Assembly: GCF_006345805.1 (NCBI RefSeq) | Contig: NC_042998.1 | Span: forward strand, 202,554,001-202,618,000 | DNA: 64,000 nt | Origin: Octopus sinensis | Taxonomy: Eukaryota | Reading direction: 5' to 3' | In this document: one piece after another, positions 54,725-64,000 of the stretch | Numbering within the stretch: position 1 is the stretch's first letter | Layout: each line of letters opens with the position of its first letter | The notes under the pieces: model-generated | What the model saw: the letters and a program-made list of their open reading frames with translations, nothing else | Database searches by the model: none | What the model was told of the DNA's origin: nothing | Made by a program: the position numbers and the translations under genes

Positions 54725-55514
54725 TATATACATACATGCACACACACATACGCAAGTGCACGCATATGTGTACATATTTTAACGAACATACATATACACT
54801 TGTACTCATATATGAAGAAGAGACGAATTGAAGAAGAGAAAGAGATCGGAAGGAGAAAAAAAGTACGGATAGAGAGAGAAATGCAGTAAATTAAACTTGG
54901 CGATATGCTAACAGAATAATCATATCCCTAGAACGATGTTTACATTTGAAGTTTGAATAGTCAACATGTGGTAGACGTCACTACCGAGTCTACAGGATAT
55001 AATGCAAACAAAAAATATGCATGCGCTTCGGCATAATCACACACCTACAGACAGATGTGCAGTCATATGCATGCATCATTGCAGAATATTGTCTGAAGAG
55101 AACTTCTAAAGAAAATGGTAATGGTTCAGCATATTGAACAAAGCTAAAGAAAGATTCCAATCCTCAATTATATGAAAAATTAATATTGTGCCACAATGCT
55201 GTTTGGGAAATGCTTTTATGAAATGTATGCGGTGGGGTGGGGGGTGGGGGGAATTCATTTTCTATTATTTATTTTTTGCTTTGTGTTTTGTTCTGGCATT
55301 TTGTTTTTTTATATGAATAAAAATTTACCACTTATATCATTGTCACTAGAGCTATGTGTGCGTGCATATAATTCTATATGCAGGTCTGTGTGTGTCTGTA
55401 CGTGAGCGTACGTAACTGTATGTATGTATGAATGTGCATATGTATGATTCTAAGTTTGTATGGAATTTACTAAACAAATGTATATATGTAAATATATATG
55501 TATATGTGTATATA

Positions 55515-55645
55515 TATATATGTAAAGATGCATACATAAACCTATAAGTATATATATGTATATATATATGTAAACATGCATACATAAACCTATAAGTATA
55601 TATATGTATATGTAAACATGCATACATAAAATATCAGTATATATG

Positions 55646-55689
<44 letters not shown>

Positions 55690-55713
55690 TGCATACATAA
55701 ACCTAGAAGTATA

Positions 55714-55725
<12 letters not shown>
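55515..55725. repeat. Imperfect ~45-bp minisatellite derived from TA/CATA repeats
   Basis: TATGTAAACATGCATACATAAACCTATAAGTATATA-type unit, about 4 copies. Confidence 0.8.
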
Positions 55726-55812
<87 letters not shown>

Positions 55813-56221
55813 GATGTGAGTATGTATATATGCATATATGCACAAATTTTGTGGAATTTAAAATATGCATCAATACATACATATGCATAAATTTGTGTGC
55901 ATATATACATACATGCATGTACATATATATGTATATACGCACATACAGAGCGTCAAAAGCCGAACACAACATGAAAAACGGGAGCATGAAATACAAAAAC
56001 ACGGAAAACGAACTTTTTTGCGAACAGTGAAAGAAACAAAAAGATATACAAGACAAGCAACATAAAGAACATTCCCTTCGAGTTTATATATATATATATA
56101 TATATATACATATATGATCTTTATCTTGTTTATTAATAATCAAAAGAAGTTAGAGTGACTCAGTGACAGGGAGTTTCGTGATTTACCGATTATTATAGAT
56201 AATTTCTTTTTAAATACATAC

Positions 56222-56567
56222 ATAGGCGCAGGAGTGGCTGTGTGGTAAGTAGCTTGCCTCCCAACCACATGACTCCGGATTCGGTCCCACTGCGTGGCAC
56301 CTTGGGCAAGTGTCTTCTCTTATAACCTCGAGCTGGCCAAAGCTTCTTGAGTAGATTTGGTAGACGGAAACTGAAAGAAGCCCATCGTATATATATATTT
56401 GTGTGTGTGTGTGTGTGTGCATTTGGGTAACTCTGTTTGTCCTTCCACCCCGAAAGGATGAAAGGCAAAGTCAACCTCGGCGGAACTTGAACTCAGAAGG
56501 TAAAGACGGATGAAATGCCGCTAAGCATTTTGCCCGGCATGTTAACGATTCTGCCAGCTCACCGTCT
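56222..56567 (+). mobile_element. Family A SINE 5' half (+) abutting a family C SINE fragment (-)
   Basis: ATAGGCGCAGGAGTGGCTGTGTGG...(TG)n, then CCCCGAAAGGATGAAAGGCAAAGTC...CTGCCAGCTCACCG. Confidence 0.85.
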
Positions 56568-58227
56568 TATTGAAACCTATAAGACTGACATTTAATGCAT
56601 ACTTGTTTCAACGATTCGTGATACCCAAGTGTATTTTTGTATTTTATACCATTGTTTTGCTTTCATTATCAATCCGGTAGGAATATGCAGAGATCTTTTA
56701 GAGAAAGATATTTCTTATATTCATTTATGGTAGCATATTAGGATAACTAAATGTTTATAACAACGCTGCTTAATATTTAACTAAATGTTTCTCCGCGTTG
56801 AAAATATGAAAATTTTGGCATGTGAGAAATAGACAGTGCAACAGAAACTAATGCTATCATATTTGCATCTGTATGTATGTGTTTGTATATAAACATAATG
56901 TGAGCTGGGGAGACAAAGAAGAGGGGACCGAAGTTGCGAACTGAACCGGAAGTTGTGTGATTGATCGATTTAGCAATCATTACTATTTGAACACACTCAC
57001 CCGCACGAACACGCACATACACACACACGTAGATGAGAGAGAGAAAGGGAGAGCAAACATTTGTGGTTTTGAGTTTTCGAACACTGGTAAAAGTTCTCAC
57101 TATCAATAAAGCGAGTATTAACCCTACACAAGTCAATGTCCTGTTCGTTGTATCCATGCATATAGAAACACTAATCTTAACTTATATACATACTCAAATG
57201 TATGTATTATAACTTTGTGAATAGTGCTTTACGATAGAATTAAAAGCAAATTCTTGGAGTGAGTGACTTAACAAAGATCTAAAGAAACTATAACAACTCT
57301 TGAGAATATCTATATTGATTACTTCAAACTTTCAAGCGACTCCTCTTCCGCGGTTTTCTACTCATCACATATCAACCGCATACAGAGAAGAATGTTAGAA
57401 ACTCCCCACATGAATTCTCTTCATTACAAGTGGGGAAGTTTTATTGCTTGATTTCCTCGTCGTGTCATCACAGAAAAACCGAAGAAGGTTTTTCTCTGAT
57501 GAAACATAAAGGACCGAAGATGACTGCTTATAAGCATAAACTTGTGTGGGCGTCGTTTGATATGCAATGACAAGTAAATCTTGAAAGATGAATCGAAATT
57601 ACGGCTGAAATGTGTGTGTGTGTGTGTGTGTTGTGTGTGTGTGTGTGTGCATTTGCACGTGTGTCTGTGTATGTGCCTGTGTTCGCGTGTATATCCTGAT
57701 ACGCGCACACACACATGCCTACGATTGAAAATACTCCTTTCTGAAAACTTGGTCTTACAAGCCGTTCAATACTGCAACCTGTACTACAACGGTATTTGTA
57801 AAGGTAAATATCATTTGCAACCACAATATGCTCAATACTACAATTTTATAAATTATTTAAGTTCATTTTTCATTCCAACGATGTATGTGTGGATGTGTGT
57901 GTGGATGTGTGTATGTATGCGTGAATATTTGCGATTGTTTATGTATCCGTATGTCGCATCCCGTGGTCAAGTAATTAAGATATTTCGCTCGAAATCGTGA
58001 GTTAGATTTCCAGACTGTTGGTGCATTACGTCTTTGAAAGGGATTCTTTATTCCATGTAGTTCCATTGCTCTCTGATTTAAAAAATAATAATAAGTGCTC
58101 GTAATAAATGGGAATCAGCACTGTGACAGTCCCGGTGGTGAAAAGGTGTATCTGCAGTCGCTTCATACGACTATAACTTTCTGACATCAATATATATATA
58201 TATATGCATATATTTTATTTATTACGG

Positions 58228-58303
<76 letters not shown>

Positions 58304-58304
<1 letters not shown>

Positions 58305-58537
58305 GGCTTATGGTGGCGTCCTGCTAGAATCGTTAGCACGCCGGGCAAAATGCTTTGCGGCATTTCGTCCTTGAGTTCAAAATCCACCAAGGCCGAATTT
58401 GCCTTTCATCCTTTCGAGATCGCTAAAATAAGAACCAGCTAAACACTGGGATCCACCTATTCGACATACGCCTCAAGTCGCACTGGCTGACCTTGCGCCA
58501 AAATCTGCAACCAATATATATATATTATATATATATA

Positions 58538-58584
<47 letters not shown>

Positions 58585-58788
58585 GCTTATGGTGGCGTCC
58601 TGGTAGAATCGTTAGCACGCCGGGCAAAAAGCTTTGCGGCATTTCGTCCTTGAGTTCAAAATCCACCGATTCCGAATTGCCTTTCATCCTTTCAGGATCG
58701 ATAAAATAGAACCAGCTAAACACTGGGATCCACCTATTCGACATACGCCTCAAGTCGCACTGGCTGACCTTGCGCCAAAATCTGCAAC

Positions 58789-58792
<4 letters not shown>
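58304..58792 (+). mobile_element. Tandem pair of a diverged family C SINE (58304-58514 and 58583-58792) separated by (TA)n
   Basis: Both copies share private sequence, including TGGCTTATGGTGGCGTCCTG and CCACCTATTCGACATACGCCTCAAGTCGCACTGG. Confidence 0.9.
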
Positions 58793-58849
<57 letters not shown>

Positions 58850-59379
58850 TAGAAAAAAAAAAACACCTTTTATCAATTCAATAATGAAATGTTAAATTAT
58901 ACCATTTAGAAAAATTACATCTTATAGAAAGATTAAATATAGATTAAACATATAACAATGATTAGGTAATGTGCAAAATAATAAATAAAACGTATATATT
59001 TGGTAGAATATTTCTAATTTATATATATATTATATTTTGTGAAATTTCATTTAGTATTTCTAAATTGAATTTTTCCCTGAAAGTTTGGAATAATATTCCC
59101 TCATATTATATACTTTTGTACTTCGGGATAGTCATCTTCTTTCTTTTGGAGGTTTTTCTTTGCCAGATAAACACAAGCACAATGTATTTGTTCTCCACTC
59201 GTTTATTACTGTTTTTATTTTAATTCATGTCCATTATAGAGAAATCTTTCGTCACATATCTGTGACCTCTTCAGTGATACTTTCCGTCTTCGTGTGTGCT
59301 CCTGCTCCGCTTGGTCCATTCTGTTCTATGATGTGTATCCTTATATGCGCACGCGTTTGCGTCTGTATTTGTGTGGGCA

Positions 59380-59413
<34 letters not shown>

Positions 59414-60003
59414 AGTGAGTGCTTATGTACAACGTATACGCATAGAAGGATACATATCATAGAAGAACAGAACGGAGCACATTATGAAAGGACAGTATTA
59501 TAGCAACTTGTAGAGGCTCATAAAAACAAACACGAACTATTATAGTTCTTAGATTTGACAAAATGGGGAGGCTGATTCGCTGGTGTAAAGGTAACGCACT
59601 TAGTCCTTTTAAAAAAGAGATGTGGGTTCGACCCCATGCGGATAGGAAAGACTCCTGTCGAGGGCTTATATGTCCCTTTATTAGACTATTTTCCTTAGTC
59701 ATTGCACGGTGATCGCCATAAGCTTTAAAGGGTAGTTTTCTCCTGTGTTTAAATGTACACTATTTCATATTGAGAATATGTTGTCTATTTATACATGCTA
59801 GGCCACTGGTGGTGATATTTCTAAGAATATTCGTCATCCTCTATATGTATCTTACGTATATATATATATACAAAGTATGGAGATTTAGTTCACAGGTGAT
59901 CTAAACGATGAGGTACGCTAGGTAAGTGTTGTAACGGATTACTAGGGTTCCAAGGTTATAGCCGAGACGGTACTTATGGAGCCATTGTAGATTTCCGATG
60001 CAG

Positions 60004-60536
60004 GGGATATGTAATTGTTAAACAGGACGTCAAATATTAAAGCAAGGAAAAAATCTCAAGTCATACACAATATTATTACAGGAAGAAATTCAAAATGTTA
60101 CAGCTGTTTCTGGGATATCCTCGAGTATGGGATATTCTGTCATCAGAGACAAAATGGGGAAACAATATGGAAAATGAGAATGTTATATATCAATAAGATG
60201 ATAACATAGAGAAAGGGAGTAAAAGAATATGTAGATGGAATTCTATAAATTTTCGAACTTTTATGAACTGTGAACTTTTATGCCTCTTTTCTCTTCTCCC
60301 TTTCCATCTCCTTATTCTTTTACTCCCTTCCTCTATGTTATCATCTTATTGATATATATACCATTCTCGTTTTCCATATTGTTTCCCCATTTTGTCTCTG
60401 ATGACGGAATATCCCATACTCGAGGATATCCCAGAAACAGCTGTAAGATTTTTAATTTCTTCCTGTAATAATATTGTGTACGACTTGAGATTTTTGCCTT
60501 GCCTTAGTGTTTAACGTCCTGCTTAACAACTATATG
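60004..60536. repeat. ~235-bp inverted repeat pair (60004-60240 and 60300-60536), each arm with a hammerhead-like motif
   Basis: CTGATGA (60398-60404), stem, GAAAC-AGCT-GTA (60434-60445); mirrored at 60099-60146. Confidence 0.88.
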
Positions 60537-60669
60537 AGTGTGTGTGTGTGTGTGTGTGTGTATGCGTGTATGTGTGTTGGAATGAGTGCTTTTGTGTGAC
60601 TCTGTGTACATGCTTGTGAACATCAGTATCACAGTGTGCATGCGTCAGTGTGTGTTCATACCAAAAATT

Positions 60670-61150
60670 GAATTTCCTACATTTTGACATTTATGTAGAA
60701 ACTGATAGGCTTGAGGAATGCTTTTTAAGAGGGTATCTAAAAAATTACTGAAACGACGAGTTTTGCATGCGGGGCCTACTATTATGGGTCTTTATTTGAG
60801 GTCATCAGGAGTAGGTACCGTGAATATTATGTCGGTGGCTTCCTGCATGCGTTACTTATTTTGTCACTTTTGTGTATCTTAGAAATAGCATAGAATTGAC
60901 TGGATTTACTAATGAAGTTAGTCATATAGTCGTATTCCTTGTCGGTGAACCCTACTCTGTATAGGTTAAACATTGTTTTCCTCATCATTTTCTGCAGACT
61001 GTAGCATTGTTCCTTTTCGTAATATGTTGTGTCTTCCAAAATGGATAGTACTCGGGTTATATAATATACCGTGTCCGTTTAGACTACTGCACTCCTTTTG
61101 TCAACCTCTTTGACTGTGATTGTTTTATCATCCTTTAATCTGTTCAGCTC
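60670..61150 (-). pseudogene. Penelope-like element reverse transcriptase N-terminal fragment
   Basis: LKDDKTITVKEVDKRSAVV (like L..D..I.IK.ADKG.AVV); SQFYAISKIHK (like YGLPKIHK); PDDLK*RPIIVGPACKTRRFSNFLD. Confidence 0.85.
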
Positions 61151-61532
61151 CGTTAAGTGAATCTCTTTCAATTTATGTGGAACGCAAATGTCGAGCTTCT
61201 TAACGAGTCTAAGACATGTTAAGTTATTTCAGTTGTTGCGTGTGATACATTTAACCTCTCTGCAATTACTCGCACAGTTGTATGACAATCAGATTCAATT
61301 ATGGCTTCAATTCCGTCATCATCAACTTTAGTAGATCGACGAGAACGGTGGTCATCTTTGAGTGAAAACTCACCAGAACGGAATTTCTAAACATTTCTAA
61401 CATGTGCGTTCTGTTAAGCAATCAAAAACCATAAACTCCAAATGTCTTTTTGTGAGCCTCAGCAGCTGTCTTGCCTTTACTAGAATAAAAGGTAAAATAT
61501 GACAAAAATGTTCGTTTTTGCACTCACTCCAT
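61150..61532 (-). pseudogene. Mariner transposase N-terminal remnant
   Basis: From ATG 61532: HFCHILPF..KGKTAAEAH...FRSGEFSLKDDHRSRR...TVRVIAERLNVSH...KKLDICVPHKL (WVPHEL-like motif); truncated. Confidence 0.88.
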
Positions 61533-61694
61533 GTTAAAATCAACAATAAACTAAGGGTTGTAAACAAAAATACTCGCAGTTTGCTTCTCAAATAAACTAA
61601 ACGTAGAGGCTATCAAATGTCAAAAGGACATCCGCATTTTATCCAAGCGCCGAAGGATCCATCACTCAGATAAATTATATATATATATATATAT

Positions 61695-61910
61695 ATATAA
61701 CGGGAAGCTTTATGAAAATAAACAAAAGACGAAGGCAGGTGGAAAACAAACGAACAATTGTATTAGTATGGCGCTCAGGAAATATAAATAAAACAAGTCT
61801 TTAACGTTTCGAGCCTACGCTCTTCAACAGGAAGATACACAGAGAGAGAAAAACACAGAAAGAAGGAGAGAAAAAAAATGCGTGCAGTAGCTAACGAATC
61901 AACATGGCGA
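61695..61910 (-). repeat. Penelope-type terminal-repeat-like fragment
   Basis: Minus strand has CTGTTGA-A-GAGC-GTAG-GCTC-GAAACGT, a variant hammerhead-like core with an ACGT palindrome. Confidence 0.4.
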
Positions 61911-62716
61911 TATATATATATATATAATATATATATATATTGATTAGCTGTCACAAAAGGGAAAATAGAACTCGATGCATGACTGTATTTACGGTTCTAA
62001 TCGGCAAAACTGCAAAAGTGTGTAACTCCGAGTCGCAAATTCAATTGCGATATTGCCCAAATTTCGTGCGTTGGCACTTATCAAATATATATTTATGCAT
62101 GTACATATATGTATGTGTGTGCGTGTGTATGTGTGTGTATGTGTGTGTATGTGTGTATGCATGTATACATTCATGAATATCTATATAGCTAAGTTTATAT
62201 ATTCATACGGGTATGTATTCGTCTCTGTATTTATAAGTTTCCTCTGAATGTTAGAATATCAAACAAAAATATTCCAGTAAGTACCATGGACAATCAATCA
62301 ATATTCTTTCTCATTCTTTCTCTGAGGATTTGTTGAGCGTGAGATGAAAGGAGCGACCCGGCATTTGTCTGTTTACAGCTTCGGCTCTATGCTACTAAAT
62401 ATTGGTCTGTTGTGGTGTTGGTCAATATATGATTATATGCAGGTCTATACTGAACCATTACTTTTGATGTGCACATGCTCACGCATACACACCCACAAAC
62501 ACTAGCACACACCTTTAGATATTCATCTATTTGTACTATTAAACATAGATATTTATAATTACAGATGTGATGCACGTGTCTATGAGTATGTATTTACTCT
62601 ATATACCTTTGAATGCATTATTTAAATAAATACATATATATCTGTCTCTTTCTCTCTTTATGCCTCATTTCACCACTTTTCTTTGTCTCCTCATTCACCC
62701 ACTTATTACACATAAT

Positions 62717-62719
<3 letters not shown>

Positions 62720-62794
<75 letters not shown>

Positions 62795-62851
62795 TTTATA
62801 TATATATATATATATATACTTTATATATATATATTATATATATATATATAT

Positions 62852-62926
<75 letters not shown>

Positions 62927-62927
62927 T

Positions 62928-62985
<58 letters not shown>

Positions 62986-63105
62986 TTTATATATATACTT
63001 TATATATATATATATATACTTTATTTAAAGCAGCAGAAAATTCAACAAAACCTGTTACTCATATATATATATATATATATATACATACATACATACATAC
63101 CTATA
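62720..63105. repeat. Long (TA)n microsatellite; one of many (e.g. 1-280, 2695-2970, 9420-9580, 18620-18730, 38690-39050, 55650-55810)
   Basis: Directly visible. Confidence 0.97.
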
Positions 63106-64000
63106 TGCATGTTTATTTACATACATGTATATTGTAATTTTATCGAAAGTAACTTCGAAGTGTTGTCATTCGCGCAATTATAGGACAAACAACAATATAT
63201 ATCTACGCTGCAGATTGGAAGAAAGCAACTGCTTAAATTGGGGGTTTTAGGAATAAGGGCCATAATTTTTTTTTTTTAAATGTGAGATTGGTGTTTATTG
63301 TACTAGGGATGGAAGATAGTACATGAAATGGGGTGCGGTTAATGTTACAAAGAAACGGGTTGTTAATGCAGGTGATCTGTGAGCTGGAGTGTGTAATAAA
63401 TTAACAGCGGAGATTATGGTTTGACGAAGGGAACAAATGATTCAACATAAAGAAAGGGCTGTAATTTTATGTTTATGTCCATCAAATTTAAGGGAACAAA
63501 GGGCTTGAAACATACCGCATCAATAAAATGTGAAATATTACCAAAAGTTACTTGTCTGGTTGTCTGTATGTTTACACTCTCAAAGATTAAGCATTTCGCT
63601 TAAATCAGCTGAAGTTTTACCACCAAGATTTCTATGGATCTCAATTATATAGCTTCAGGTTTATATTGGAGTATTCCAACTTATTATACTCATCCAGTGA
63701 AGATCTGTGAAGGCTTTCCTTTTTCGCTGTCTTTCTAAGACATTTTATATTTCTCGGTGATATAGAAAGTTAGTGCTTCCTTCCCTTTTTCTATTCTTGC
63801 TCGATTTATATATCAACTACTCTTGAATAAATTAATGTTTCGACTTCAACAGCCGTTTAGGAAAAGAAGACTAACCGAAATAACTAGATGTAATGCGAGA
63901 TGGTTTGCATTAAACATTTCATTTTCGCTTTAGTCTTCATGTGGTACATCTATTATATAAAATCCGTTCAATGTATGTGTGTGTGTGTGTGTGTGTGTGT

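Noticed and set aside
56777-57157. ORF beginning with a signal-peptide-like MDTTNRTLTCVGLILALLIV
   Set aside because: It runs into GA/CA microsatellites with no convincing splice donor and no recognisable homology.

Overview
AT-rich, microsatellite-laden animal genomic DNA. From the SINE families and repeat style it is most likely an Octopus (coleoid cephalopod) intergenic or intronic region; this is an inference. No intact protein-coding gene is supported, and nearly all ORF-track entries are microsatellite or SINE shadows. The window holds: (i) many tRNA-derived SINEs of several families (labelled A, B, C and CORE-type here), many with TSDs; (ii) decayed autonomous elements, namely a full-length IR-DR Tc1 (22636-24223), two mariner remnants, RTE LINEs, CR1-like 3' ends and a Penelope-like RT fragment; (iii) Helitron/Helentron-like non-autonomous pieces; (iv) a 4.2 x ~396-bp tandem array and a GC-rich 59-bp hairpin minisatellite. 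The most interesting observations are: one SINE head/body joined to five different 3' tails, with body-tail swapping between families; a near full-length RTE LINE with a 5'-inverted, twin-priming-like structure; inverted Penelope-type terminal repeats with hammerhead-ribozyme-like cores; and a SINE copy that carries the target-site flank of another copy 6 kb away. Boundaries of decayed elements are approximate (about +/-20-50 bp) and family names come from recalled motifs, not database searches.
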